DNA from: Eledone cirrhosa
Taxonomy: Eukaryota
Length of the DNA: 64,000 nucleotides
Direction of reading: 5' to 3'
Assembly: GCA_964016885.1 (NCBI GenBank)
Contig: OZ024741.1
Location: 89,962,001 to 90,026,000 of the forward strand
Shown: positions 1-14,300 of the stretch, one piece after another
How the letters are laid out: the number at the start of each line of letters is the position of its first letter
How positions within the stretch are numbered: the stretch's first letter is position 1
Position numbers and translations under genes: made by a program
The notes under the pieces: generated by a model
What the model saw: only the letters and a program-made list of their open reading frames with translations
Database searches by the model: none
Told to the model about the DNA's origin: nothing

Positions 1-1135
1 GACCAAATGAATCTCCGCTACAGAGTTAAGAACAAAGTAAATAAATACAATACAGAAGTAATAGAAACAAATAAATACATACACGCAAACAGATACGTAC
101 ATACACAAGCATACGCAAAACCTTACCATAGGTATACAAAACCACGCACATATAAATATGTGTGTGTGTGTATGCTTGTGTACACATAAATAAATAATTA
201 TATAAACGTATATAAGTAAATAAATACGTATATAACAAGCGCGCACACACATACCTACAAATAAATACACGAATGTTCGGAGACGTAAGTCAACTAAAAC
301 AAGAAGTACACATATACACACACCCACCATACGTACGAACCTGTATACTCACGCAGACGCAAAACTCCCGTATACACATAGCCAAACCCTAAATACCAGA
401 ATATGTAAAAATTATACGCCATAACAGTCAAATATACGTACAAGAAGGTATACATACCTTCACAAAACATACGGGTAATATATACTTACCTATGCAAATA
501 AGTAAAGGAATAAACAAAACATATACTTAGCTCCCACATCAAGACGTAAAATATCCACGTATAGATCGTGCTATCCGTTAGGGTATAACGTGGGGCTGTA
601 ATACAGGAAAGTTTTGTGCAATTTATGTTTACAAGCCGAAATTGCCTCAGATTTTTTGTTTAAGATGTGGTCTGTGGCGTAGAGTATTTCCAGGGCCTCA
701 GCGGCGCAGAGGTCACATGGTCTTTTATTTCCGTTATACGATCTAGCCCTAGCTAGGATCTCCCAGTGTAACTTATATTGGGTGTGGTTGTCTTTTAGAC
801 TCCAGATATAAGCTGAAAGTGACGTCATATTCCTTCTTAGAGGGTAACGAAAAGAATGGGTATGCATGTAAAGACGCTGCTTGAAACTATTGGCGGTTAA
901 CCCTATGTAGGCCCTACGGGACGTGGGTGTTACAACCTTACATTTGTAGACAATGTTACTAGAGAGGCATTTCCCGGATAGGGGACAATCAGCCCGATTC
1001 CTACAATTACAGTTAGTACTAACTACAGGGTTGCACGTGTTCCTACGGCTAGGTAGTTTAGCTAAATTTGAAGCTGTGATGTTATGTGCAAGGTTAGGAG
1101 TCGTAGAGTAAGAAATTTTAATAGTATTTTTGTTA
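1..1135 (-). mobile_element. Penelope-like element (PLE) 3' fragment: Cys-rich linker + GIY-YIG endonuclease, followed by 3' untranslated region
   Basis: The minus frame upstream of ORF 571..867 reads NKNTIKISYSTTPNLAHNI...CNCRNRADCPLSGKCLSSNIVYKC...AYIGLTANSFKQRLYMH...CDLCAAE. It is homologous to ORF 27000..27980 and 5'-truncated at ~1135. Confidence 0.85.
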
Positions 1136-1254
1136 GTTTCAGAAGATCCCGTTAAGGGTGAAAGCAGCGATTCTTTGCTAATCTGTTATTTTAATAAATA
1201 TATATAACATGTTATCCATGTGCAACCATGCAGTATTCTTCTCCCCATTTTTTC

Positions 1255-1290
<36 letters not shown>

Positions 1291-1409
1291 AACATTTTGA
1301 ATAATATAAAAAATATTAAAACTCCAGGAAATCTGCTTGTTGGGTGCTTCTAATCTATTGTAAAATTGTATTCGTTGAGTAATCAACGAACCATACTAAT
1401 CTTTGGTTA

Positions 1410-1417
1410 TATATATG

Positions 1418-1508
<91 letters not shown>

Positions 1509-1543
1509 ATATGTATATATGTATATATATATGTGTGTGTGTG

Positions 1544-1585
<42 letters not shown>

Positions 1586-1626
1586 AATGGTGTATATATC
1601 TTATCAAATGATTCTATGGACATAAT

Positions 1627-1663
<37 letters not shown>
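1410..1663. repeat. (TA)n microsatellite cluster
   Basis: Directly visible; source of the YIYI ORFs. Confidence 0.95.
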
Positions 1664-1667
<4 letters not shown>

Positions 1668-1696
1668 GGGGCTGTATGGTTACTGGGATAATATTG

Positions 1697-1880
1697 TGGA
1701 TTGGCAATATCGGTAGAGGGTCGGACGCCATGCTTGTCAGCATAGTTACGTCCCTTTACGATCTGAGTTCAAATCCTGCCAAGGTTGACTTTGCCTTTCA
1801 TCCTTACGGGGTCGATAAAATAAAGTACCAGTAATGCACTGGTTAATTTCTGGCCTTGTGCCTAACGTAGAAACAATTAT
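1697..1880 (+). mobile_element. tRNA-derived SINE, major family (Meta-domain-like core), short form
   Basis: A-box-like GATTGGCAATATCGGTAG, B-box GAGTTCAAATCC, core GCCTTTCATCCTTACGGGGTCGATAAAATAAAGTACCAG, 3' end GGCCTTGTGCC...AGAAACAATT. Confidence 0.85.
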
Positions 1881-2192
1881 TTAAAAAAACACGTGGGAGC
1901 TATAAAGAAACAGAAAACTCGGAAGACACAAACACAAGGACAATTCTCGCTCATTGGCTGTTTTCTGTGGATCATTATAATTTCGGATGCTTTAAAGACA
2001 TGACTATTCACCACAATGCATCAATAACTATCTTCGGGAAGAAAACACAACGGACGTCGGACGAAGAAAAACAAAAAAAACAAAGAAAGATCGACATACC
2101 GATATGGGACGGGAAAAGGTTACAATAAAAAAACATTTTCCCAGTAACCACACAACCTTATTTTTAAATCAACTGTTTTTTACTGCTGCTGT

Positions 2193-2263
<71 letters not shown>

Positions 2264-2671
2264 CCTCTCTCTCTCTCTCTCCGTCTATCTACCTGTATTC
2301 CTCCCTCAACCTCTCCCTCTCTCTCAGTTCTTAAGCCTTTGTTTCCTCCTTTTGTGATCTGACCAACGACCTATTCGTTCGATCTCGCCATATCCCTTGC
2401 TTGTTAATATTATTCCAGGAGTTATGCCCCGCCAACTTGTATTAATTTATTCCACCCGTTCCCGAGTTAAGTTTCCAACCATGAGCTTATCTTTTTCCCC
2501 CTCCTCCTGTCCTGATGTGTCAATCTTAATGTCAGTGGTATCCGACTAGCTAGCCTGCAGGTTATTTCTGCAAAACCTCTCACAGCCATATCCTCATCTT
2601 GGTATCGGTTGCTGGTCAAATATTCGACTTTTCTGTGCTGCTTTCGATTGTAAATAATATGATAATAATAA

Positions 2672-3092
2672 TAATTGTTTCTACTTTTGGCACAAGGCCA
2701 GCAATTACCCCAGTGCATTACTGGTGGTTTATTTTATCGACCCCGTAAGGATGAAAGGCAATGTTAACCTCGTCGGATTTGATCTCAGAACGCAAAGGGC
2801 CATAACTCTATGCTGCAAAGCATGGTGTCTGACGTTCTATCGATACTGCCAATCCACAACCTTATATATAATAATAATAATGATTTCTACTAGAGGCACA
2901 AGGCCAGCAAATTGGGGTGGGGAAAAGAAAGTCGATTAAATCGACCCCAGTGCGTGACTTACTTTATTCTATCGACCTCGTAAGGAGGAAAGGCAAAGCT
3001 AACCTCGGTGGGATTTGAACTCAGAACATAAAGAGCCATAATTCTATGTTGTAAAGCATCGTGTCCAACGCTCTACCGGTTCTGCCAATCCC
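2672..3092 (-). mobile_element. Two tandem copies of the major SINE
   Basis: Reverse complements of the SINE consensus at ~2672-2860 and ~2880-3092. Confidence 0.8.
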
Positions 3093-4447
3093 TTATTTGA
3101 AAAACAAAGACGTTCTCAGTTTTCTCGGGGAGTTTTCTGAATTTGGGTGCAATAGTATCTGCCCACCGGATCCTGACTTCCTTATCCACCAACGCTTCCC
3201 ACTTTATCCTGCAGGTTGAACTGGACCTGCCAGTTTTGTGGACTGACAGTTTTTAAAAAAGTCCATATGTCTAAGTCTTTGGAATATGAATTCAAAATAG
3301 GGACACACGGGACAAAGACAATAGAAAAAACAACGAAAAGACAGACAGTCTCATCTTCTCAGTCATCCTCTGGAAATCACTACGGTTTCGGTTTCGCTAC
3401 ATTAAGGTTGATACCCCTCATTCCAGTGCACATTGGGGCATAATAAAACAGGTAGAGACAAGTTATGCCTTTAAGCGAATTACACAAATATTGACAAAAA
3501 AGTATCCCGAGTGCGTCAACTGACAAAGAAAGAAGAGAGCGGTGTCCTAAGGCTTAGACAAAGCAAAAAATATAGAAAGGAAAGAAATAGTAAAACAGAA
3601 GAACTAATCTCCCTGAGAACTACGTTAAATGTACACGTGTCTGTGGAATACTTTAGCCACTTGCACGTTAATTTCACAAGCAGGCTGTCCTGATGTTCGA
3701 ACAACTAGAATACTCATCTTCGGAACCAAAGGAGGTCCTGTATATTAAGAAATCCTACTTCTTTAGAGTACACGTAAACCGGTATATTTTACCAATTTTA
3801 TTGACATATTTTGCTATTATGTCCCTTAAAACTCTTCCCACTCTCCAACAACCCTTCAAGTGAATTCCAACTCTAAAAGGAAAAAATAAAAATAAAAAGG
3901 AAAAATGTAAAAGAAAAAAAGGGAATCTGTATTTGACATCAACATTGGATTTCGCTTATTTGCCTAAATAGTTAAAAATAATTCTCATATTTCCACATAG
4001 TGAAAAAGGTACCAAAAATTGCATAAAGGTACATTTTATCGGATGAATGACTTAAATATTCATAAATGTTGCTTTTTACCCAGTTATATTCAGTATGGCT
4101 TCTTTTATTTACGATCAGATCAATTAAGTAGATAATTATCTTGTTAGTGTTATTTATATTTCCTAAAAGTATGTAAAGCATATTTCAGTGTTTATAACAT
4201 TGATTCTTAATTTAGGCATAAGGCCAGCAAATTTGGGAGCAGCTCAAAGCTGGTTAAATCAATTCTAGTACTTGACTAGTACTTTATTTCATCGATCTCG
4301 AAAGGATGAAAGGCAAAGTTGACTTTGGTGGGATTTGAACTCAGACTATAAAGAGTCAAAACAAATACTGCAATGGCATTTTATCTGACGTTCGACCAAT
4401 TCTGCCACTCAACCATCCTATTTCAGTTTTTCAATATTAGAAGTGTT

Positions 4448-4660
4448 TGATTGGCAGTATCGGTAGAGGGCCGGACGCCATGCTTTGCAGCATAGAGTTA
4501 CGGTCCTTTATGATCTGAGTTCAAATCCCGCCGAGGTTAACTTTGCCTTTCATCCTTACGGGGTCGATAAAATAAAGTACCAGTCACGCACTGGGGGTCG
4601 ATTTAATCGACTTTCCCCTCCGCCCAAAATTGCTGGCCTTGTGCCTATATAAGAAACAAT
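4448..4660 (+). mobile_element. Major SINE, long form, with 17-bp TSD
   Basis: Full consensus including the extra GGGGTCGATTTAATCGACTTTCCCC segment; direct repeat CAATATTAGAAGTGTTT at ~4432 and ~4657. An older minus-strand copy lies at ~4200-4415. Confidence 0.85.
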
Positions 4661-4839
4661 ATTAGAAGTGTTTTGTGCCTTTATTTAGACTAGGAATATA
4701 CCGTGGGGTAGTAACTCCTATTTATATCATTGAGTCTATGGTGAAATTGGTTTCGTTTCACATAGTTTCACTCAAAGACGTATTTGCCAAGAACCTATCA
4801 ACGACGTTAAGTGATAAGTGTCTGTAATCTACAAGTAAT

Positions 4840-5110
4840 ATTAATTACATTTGATGGTGGTTGTGGCATTGATAGATTTTCGCAATGAGAAACAGGTGCT
4901 ACAGAAGGCAGAATGTCTGGTTGCTGAAGAGTTTGCCTTCCTGTATTTTGTAATATCAAGCACGCTGAAATAGCAGTCATGGTCATGGTTCTTCGGCTCT
5001 CCATATTCTGGGGATAGCAACAGACAGAGACTTTCCCGCACCTTATAACCATTTCTCAAGAGCAGATCGAGTTTCCACATATTACACCATAAACTTAAGG
5101 CTTTTCTTGA
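4840..5110 (-). pseudogene. Degenerate DNA-transposon protein fragment (EPKNHxxDCYF family)
   Basis: Frameshifted ORFs give EPKNHDHDCYF and PDILPSVAPVSHCENLSMPQPP, which I recognise as the widespread 'WREPxNHxxDCYFC...YPxxPSxxxPVPH' transposon proteins. Superfamily not assigned. Confidence 0.55.
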
Positions 5111-5340
5111 GGCCAATAAATATAGCACCAGTCAAGTGTTAGGATCGATTCTTCCCCTATATCTCCTTCTCATTTTCTGTCCTACTCCTACCCTTTATCG
5201 AGAAGAAATCGATTGTGTTCAGGCGTAGAGAGGTATGGGCTCCACCAGGTTTTAAATGCCTTAGACAAGCCATATGTCAGGACGGCGTTCCTACGACTCC
5301 TTCAGAATTTAAGGACACTATCCCCTTTTTTCCTATTTAG

Positions 5341-8300
5341 GAGAAAGAGTTATTCACTACAGTAACCCTCCAAAAGTTATTCACTACAGTAACCCTCCAA
5401 AAGTTATTCACTACAGTCACCCTCCAAAAGTTATTCACTACAGTAACCCTCCAAAAGTTATTCACTACAGTAACCCTCCAAAAGTTATTCACTACAGTAA
5501 CCCTCCAAAAGTTATTCACTACAGTCACCCTCCAAAGGTTATTCACTACAGTAACCTTCCAAAAGTTATTCACTACAGTCACCCTCCAAAAGTTATTCAC
5601 TACAGTAACCCTCCAAAAGTTATTCACTACAGTAAACCTCCAAAAGTTATTCACTACAGTCACCCTCCAAAGGTTATTCACTACAGTAACCTTCCAAAAG
5701 TTATTCACTACAGTAACCCTCCAAAAGTTATTCACTACAGTAACCCTCCAAAAGTTATTCACTACAGTAACCCTCCAAAAGTTATTCACTACAGTCACCC
5801 TCCAAAGGTTATTCACTACAGTCACCCTCCTAAGGTTATTCAGTACAGTCACCCTCCAAAAGTTATTCACTACAGTCACCCTCCAAAAGTTATTCACTAC
5901 AGTCACCCTCCAAAAGTTATTCACTACAGTAACCCTCCAAAAGTTATTCACTACAGTCACCCTCCTAAGGTTATTCACTACAGTAACCCTCCAAAAGTTA
6001 TTCACTACAGTAATCCTCCAAAAGTTATTCACTACAGTAACACTCCAAAGGTTATTCACTACAGTCACCCTCCAAAAGTTATTCACTACAGTAACCCTCC
6101 AAAAGTTATTCACTACAGTCACCCTCCAAAAGTTATTCACTACAGTCACCCTCCAAAAGTTATTCACTACAGTAACCCTCCAAAAGTTATTCACTACAGT
6201 CACCCTCCAAAAGTTATTCACTACAGTCACCCTCCAAAAGTTATTCACTACAGTAACCCTCCAAAAGTTATTCACTACAGTCACCCTCCTAAGGTTATTC
6301 ACTACAGTAACCCTCCAAAAGTTATTCACTACAGTAACCCTCCAAAAGTTATTCACTACAGTCACCCTCCAAAGGTTATTCACTACAGTCACCCTCCTAA
6401 GGTTATTCAGTACAGTCACCCTCCAAAAGTTATTCACTACAGTAACCCTCCAAAAGTTATTCACTACAGTCACCCTCCAAAAGTTATTCACTACAGTAAC
6501 CCTCCAAAAGTTATTCACTACAGTCACCCTCCTAAGGTTATTCACTACAGTAACCCTCCAAAAGTTATTCACTACAGTAACCCTCCACAAGTTATTCACT
6601 ACAGTAACCCTCCAAAAGTTATTCACTACAGTCATCCTCCAAAAGTTATTCACTACAGTCACCCTCCAAAAGTTATTCACTACAGTCACCCTCCAAAAGT
6701 TATTCACTACAGTAACCTTCCAAAAGTTATTCACTACAGTAACCCTCCAAAAGTTATTCACTACAGTAACCCTCCAAAAGTTATTCACTACAGTAACCCT
6801 CCAAAGGTTATTCACTACAGTCACCCTCCAAAAGTTATTCACTACAGTCACCCTCCTAAGGTTATTCACTACAGTAACCCTCCAAAAGTTATTCACTACA
6901 GTAACCCTCCAAAAGTTATTCACTACAGTAACCCTCCAAAAGTTATTCACTACAGTAACCTTCCAAAGGTTATTCACTACAGTCACCCTCCTAAGGTTAT
7001 TCACTACAGTAACCCTCCAAAAGTTATTCACTACAGTCACCCTCCTAAGGTTATTCACTACAGTCACCCTCCAAAAGTTATTCACTACAGTCACCCTCCA
7101 AAAGTTATTCACTACAGTAACCCTCCAAAAGTTATTCACTACAGTCACCCTCCTAAGGTTATTCACTACAGTCACCCTCCAAAAGTTATTCACTACAGTC
7201 ACACTCCAAAAGTTATTCACTACAGTAACCCTCCAAAAGTTATTCACTACAGTAACCCTCCAAAGGTTATTCACTACAGTCACCCTCCAAAAGTTATTCA
7301 CTACAGTCACCCTCCTAAGGTTATTCACTACAGTAACCCTCCAAAAGTTATTCACTACAGTAACCCTCCAAAAGTTATTCACTACAGTCACCCTCCTAAG
7401 GTTATTCACTACAGTCACCCTCCAAAAGTTATTCACTACAGTCACCCTCCAAAAGTTATTCACTACAGTAACCCTCCAAAAGTTATTCACTACAGTAACC
7501 CTCCAAAAGTTATTCACTACAGTCATCCTCCAAAAGTTATTCACTACAGTAACCTTCCAAAGGTTATTCACTACAGTAACCCTCCAAAAGTTATTCACTA
7601 CAGTAACCCTCCAAAAGTTATTCACTACAGTAACCCTCCAAAAGTTATTCACTACAGTCACCCTCCAAAAGTTATTCACTACAGTAACCCTCCAAAAGTT
7701 ATTCACTACAGTAACCTTCCAAAGGTTATTCACTACAGTAACCCTCCAAAAGTTATTCACTACAGTAACCTTCCAAAGGTTATTCACTACAGTAACCCTC
7801 CAAAAGTTATTCACTACAGTAACCCTCCAAAAGTTATTCACTACAGTCACCCTCCAAAAGTTATTCACTACAGTAACCCTCCAAAAGTTATTCACTACAG
7901 TAACCCTCCAAAAGTTATTCACTACAGTAACCCTCCAATAGTTATTCACTACAGTAACCCTCCAAAAGTTATTCACTACAGTCACCCTCCAAAAGTTATT
8001 CACTACAGTCACCCTCCAAAAGTTATTCACTACAGTAACCCTCCAAAAGTTATTCACTACAGTAACCTTCCAAAGGTTATTCACTACAGTAACCCTCCAA
8101 AAGTTATTCACTACAGTAACCCTCCAAAAGTTATTCACTACAGTCACCCTCCAAAAGTTATTCACTACAGTCACCCTCCAAAAGTTATTCACTACAGTAA
8201 CCCTCCAAAAGTTATTCACTACAGTAACCCTCCAAAAGTTATTCACTACAGTAACCCTCCAAAAGTTATTCACTACAGTAACCCTCCAAAAGTTATTCAC

Positions 8301-11300
8301 TACAGTCACCCTCCAAAAGTTATTCACTACAGTCACCCTCCAAAAGTTATTCACTACAGTAACCCTCCAAAAGTTATTCACTACAGTAACCCTCCAAAAG
8401 TTATTCACTACAGTAACCCTCCAAAAGTTATTCACTACAGTCACCCTCCTAAGGTTATTCACTACAGTCACCCTCCAAAAGTTATTCACTACAGTCACCC
8501 TCCAAAAGTTATTCACTACAGTAACCCTCCAAAAGTTATTCACTACAGTAACCCTCTAAAGGTTATTCACTACAGTCACCCTCCAAAAGTTATTCACTAC
8601 AGTCACCCTCCTAAGGTTATTCACTACAGTAACCCTCCAAAAGTTATTCACTACAGTAACCCTCCAAAAGTTATTCACTACAGTCACCCTCCTAAGGTTA
8701 TTCACTACAGTCACCCTCCAAAAGTTATTCACTACAGTCACCCTCCAAAAGTTATTCACTACAGTAACCCTCCAAAAGTTATTCACTACAGTAACCCTCC
8801 AAAAGTTATTCACTACAGTAACCCTCCAAAAGTTATTCACTACAGTCATCCTCCAAAAGTTATTCACTACAGTAACCTTCCAAAGGTTATTCACTACAGT
8901 AACCCTCCAAAAGTTATTCACTACAGTAACCCTCCAAAAGTTATTCACTACAGTAACCCTCCAAAAGTTATTCACTACAGTCACCCTCCTAAGGTTATTC
9001 ACTACAGTCACCCTCCAAAAGTTATTCACTACAGTCACCCTCCAAAAGTTATTCACTACAGTAACCCTCCAAAAGTTATTCACTACAGTAACCCTCCAAA
9101 AGTTATTCACTACAGTAACCCTCCAAAAGTTATTCACTACAGTCATCCTCCAAAAGTTATTCACTACAGTAACCTTCCAAAGGTTATTCACTACAGTAAC
9201 CCTCCAAAAGTTATTCACTACAGTAACCCTCCAAAAGTTATTCACTACAGTAACCCTCCAAAAGTTATTCACTACAGTCACCCTCCAAAAGTTATTCACT
9301 ACAGTAACCCTCCAAAAGTTATTCACTACAGTAACCTTCCAAAGGTTATTCACTACAGTAACCCTCCAAAAGTTATTCACTACAGTAACCTTCCAAAGGT
9401 TATTCACTACAGTAACCCTCCAAAAGTTATTCACTACAGTAACCCTCCAAAAGTTATTCACTACAGTCACCCTCCAAAAGTTATTCACTACAGTAACCCT
9501 CCAAAAGTTATTCACTACAGTAACCCTCCAAAAGTTATTCACTACAGTAACCCTCCAAAAGTTATTCACTACAGTAACCCTCCAAAAGTTATTCACTACA
9601 GTCACCCTCCAAAAGTTATTCACTACAGTCACCCTCCAAAAGTTATTCACTACAGTAACCCTCCAAAAGTTATTCACTACAGTAACCTTCCAAAGGTTAT
9701 TCACTACAGTAACCCTCCAAAAGTTATTCACTACAGTAACCCTCCAAAAGTTATTCACTACAGTCACCCTCCAAAAGTTATTCACTACAGTAACCCTCCA
9801 AAAGTTATTCACTACAGTAACCCTCCAAAAGTTATTCACTACAGTAACCCTCCAAAAGTTATTCACTACAGTAACCCTCCAAAAGTTATTCACTACAGTA
9901 ACCCTCCAAAAGTTATTCACTACAGTCACCCTCCAAAAGTTATTCACTACAGTCACCCTCCAAAAGTTATTCACTACAGTAACCCTCCAAAAGTTATTCA
10001 CTACAGTAACCCTCCAAAAGTTATTCACTACAGTAACCCTCCAAAAGTTATTCACTACAGTCACCCTCCTAAGGTTATTCACTACAGTCACCCTCCAAAA
10101 GTTATTCACTACAGTCACCCTCCAAAAGTTATTCACTACAGTAACCCTCCAAAAGTTATTCACTACAGTAACCCTCTAAAGGTTATTCACTACAGTCACC
10201 CTCCAAAAGTTATTCACTACAGTCACCCTCCTAAGGTTATTCACTACAGTAACCCTCCAAAAGTTATTCACTACAGTAACCCTCCAAAAGTTATTCACTA
10301 CAGTCACCCTCCTAAGGTTATTCACTACAGTCACCCTCCAAAAGTTATTCACTACAGTCACCCTCCAAAAGTTATTCACTACAGTAACCCTCCAAAAGTT
10401 ATTCACTACAGTAACCCTCCAAAAGTTATTCACTACAGTAACCCTCCAAAAGTTATTCACTACAGTCATCCTCCAAAAGTTATTCACTACAGTAACCTTC
10501 CAAAGGTTATTCACTACAGTAACCCTCCAAAAGTTATTCACTACAGTAACCCTCCAAAAGTTATTCACTACAGTAACCCTCCAAAAGTTATTCACTACAG
10601 TCACCCTCCAAAAGTTATTCACTACAGTAACCCTCCAAAAGTTATTCACTACAGTAACCTTCCAAAGGTTATTCACTACAGTAACCCTCCAAAAGTTATT
10701 CACTACAGTAACCTTCCAAAGGTTATTCACTACAGTAACCCTCCAAAAGTTATTCACTACAGTAAACCTCCAAAAGTTATTCACTACAGTCACCCTCCAA
10801 AAGTTATTCACTACAGTAACCCTCCAAAAGTTATTCACTACAGTAACCCTCCAAAAGTTATTCACTACAGTAACCCTCCAAAAGTTATTCACTACAGTAA
10901 CCCTCCAAAAGTTATTCACTACAGTCACCCTCCAAAAGTTATTCACTACAGTCACCCTCCAAAAGTTATTCACTACAGTAACCCTCCAAAAGTTATTCAC
11001 TACAGTAACCTTCCAAAGGTTATTCACTACAGTAACCCTCCAAAAGTTATTCACTACAGTAACCCTCCAAAAGTTATTCACTACAGTCACCCTCCAAAAG
11101 TTATTCACTACAGTAACCCTCCAAAAGTTATTCACTACAGTAACCCTCCAAAAGTTATTCACTACAGTAACCCTCCAAAAGTTATTCACTACAGTAACCC
11201 TCCAAAAGTTATTCACTACAGTAACCCTCCAAAAGTTATTCACTACAGTCACCCTCCAAAAGTTATTCACTACAGTCACCCTCCAAAAGTTATTCACTAC

Positions 11301-14300
11301 AGTAACCCTCCAAAAGTTATTCACTACAGTAACCCTCCAAAAGTTATTCACTACAGTAACCCTCCAAAAGTTATTCACTACAGTCACCCTCCAAAGGTTA
11401 TTCACTACAGTCACCCTCCAAAAGTTATTCACTACAGTAACCTTCCAAAAGTTATTCACTACAGTCACCCTCCAAAAGTTATTCACTACAGTCACCCTCC
11501 AAAAGTTATTCACTACAGTCACCCTCCAAAAGTTATTCACTACAGTCACCCTCCAAAAGTTATTCACTGCAGTAACCCTCCAAAAGTTATTCACTACAGT
11601 CACCCTCCAAAAGTTATTCACTACAGTAACCTTCCAAAAGTTATTCACTACAGTAACCTTCCAAAAGTTATTCACTACAGTCACCCTCCAAAAGTTATTC
11701 ACTACAGTCACCCTCCAAAAGTTATTCACTACAGTCACCCTCCAAAAGTTATTCACTACAGTAACCTTCCAAAAGTTATTCACTACAGTCACCCTCCAAA
11801 AGTTATTCACTACAGTCACCCTCCAAAAGTTATTCACTACAGTCACCCTCCAAAAGTTATTCACTACAGTCACCCTCCAAAAGTTATTCACTACAGTCAC
11901 CCTCCTAAGGTTATTCACTACAGTAACCCTCCAAAGGTTATTCACTACAGTCACCCTCCAAAACTTATTCACTACAGTAACCTTCCAAAAGTTATTCACT
12001 ACAGTCACCCTCCAAAAGTTATTCACTACAGTCACCCTCCAAAAGTTATTCACTACAGTCACCCTCCAAAAGTTATTCACTACAGTAACCCTCCAAAAGT
12101 TATTCACTACAGTAACCCTCCAAAGGTTATTCACTACAGTCACCCTCCAAAAGTTATTCACTACAGTAACCCTCCAAAGGTTATTCACTACAGTAACCCT
12201 CCAAAAGTTATTCACTACAGTAACCCTCCAAAAGTTATTCACTACAGTCACCCTCCTAAGGTTATTCACTACAGTAACCCTCCAAAAGTTATTCACTACA
12301 GTAACCTTCCAAAGGTTATTCACTACAGTAACCCTCCAAAGGTTATTCACTACAGTAACCCTCCAAAAGTTATTCACTACAGTAACCCTCCAAAAGTTAT
12401 TCACTACAGTAACCCTCCAAAAGTTATTCACTACAGTCACCCTCCAAAAGTTATTCACTACAGTAACCCTCCAAAAGTTATTCACTACAGTCACCCTCCA
12501 AAAGTTATTCACTACAGTAACCTTCCAAAAGTTATTCACTACAGTAACCCTCCAAAAGTTATTCACTACAGTAACCCTCCAAAAGTTATTCACTACAGTC
12601 ACCCTCCAAAAGTTATTCACTACAGTAACCCTCCAAAAGTTATTCACTACAGTAACCCTCCAAAAGTTATTCACTACAGTAACCCTCCAAAAGTTATTCA
12701 CTACAGTAACCCTCCAAAAGTTATTCACTACAGTCACCCTCCAAAAGTTATTCACTACAGTAACCCTCCAAAAGTTATTCACTACAGTAACCTTCCAAAG
12801 GTTATTCACTACAGTAACCCTCCAAAATTTATTCACTACAGTAACCTTCCAAAAGTTATTCACTACAGTAACCCTCCAAAAGTTATTCACTACAGTAACC
12901 TTCCAAAGGTTATTCACTACAGTAACCCTCCAAAAGTTATTCACTACAGTAACCCTCCAAAGGTTATTCACTACAGTCACCCTCCAAAAGTTATTCACTA
13001 CAGTCACCCTCCAAAAGTTATTCACTACAGTAACCTTCCAAAAGTTATTCACTACAGTAACCCTCCAAAAGTTATTCACTACAGTAACCCTCCAAAAGTT
13101 ATTCACTACAGTAACCCTCCAAAAGTTATTCACTACAGTAACCCTCCAAAAGTTATTTACTACTGTAACCTTCCAAAGGTTATTCACTACAGTCACCCTC
13201 CAAAAGTTATTCACTACAGTAACCCTCCAAAGGTTATTCACTACAGTAACCCTCCAAAGGTTATTCACTACAGTAACCCTCCAAAGGTTATTCACTACAG
13301 TAACCCTCCAAAAGTTATTCACTACAGTCACCCTCCAAAGGTTATTCACTACAGTAACCCTCCAAAGGTTATTCACTACAGTCACCCTCCAAAAGTTATT
13401 CACTACAGTAACCCTCCAAAGGTTATTCACTACAGTAACCCTCCAAAGGTTATTCACTACAGTAACCCTCCAAAGGTTATTCACTACAGTCACCCTCCAA
13501 AAGTTATTCACTACAGTAACCCTCCAAAGGTTATTCACTACAGTAACCCTCCAAAGGTTATTCACTACAGTCACCCTCCAAAAGTTATTCACTACAGTAA
13601 CCCTCCAAAGGTTATTCACTACAGTCACCCTCCAAAAGTTATTCACTACAGTAACCCTCCAAAGGTTATTCACTACAGTAACCCTCCAAAGGTTATTCAC
13701 TACAGTAACCCTCCAAAAGTTATTCACCACAGTAACCTTCCAAAAGTTATTCACTACAGTAACCCTCCAAAGGTTATTCACTACAGTAACCCTCCAAAAG
13801 TTATTCACTACAGTAACCCTCCAAAAGTTATTCACTACAGTAACCCTCCAAAGGTTATTCACTACAGTCACCCTCCAAAAGTTATTCACTACAGTAACCC
13901 TCCAAAAGTTATTCACTACAGTAACCCTCCAAAAGTTATTCACTACAGTAACCCTCCAAAAGTTATTCACTACAGTCACCCTCCAAAGGTTATTTACTAC
14001 AGTAACCCTCCTAAGGTTATTCAGTACAGTAACCCTCCAAAAGTTATTCACTACAGTAACCCTCCAAAGGTTATTCACTACAGTAACCCTCCAAAGGTTA
14101 TTCACTACAGTCACCCTCCAAAAGTTATTCACTACAGTAACCCTCCAAAAGTTATTCACTACAGTAACCCTCCAAAAGTTATTCACTACAGTAACCCTCC
14201 AAAAGTTATTCACTACAGTAACCCTCCAAAAGTTATTCACTACAGTAACCCTCCAAAGGTTATTCACTACAGTAACCCTCCAAAAGTTATTCACTACAGT

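Noticed and set aside
1697-1790. tRNA genes at SINE heads
   Set aside because: A/B boxes run directly into the SINE body, with no complete cloverleaf.
1366-1834. YIYI/CVCV/LSLS/HTHT/MYVC ORFs here and at ~14.7-15.8, 23-24.6, 33 and 52.7-53.9 kb
   Set aside because: Translations of microsatellites and SINEs.
3767-4028. Possible micro-exons upstream of the repeat exon (3767-3781, 4001-4028)
   Set aside because: Both contain a stop codon in the phase needed to splice to 5341.
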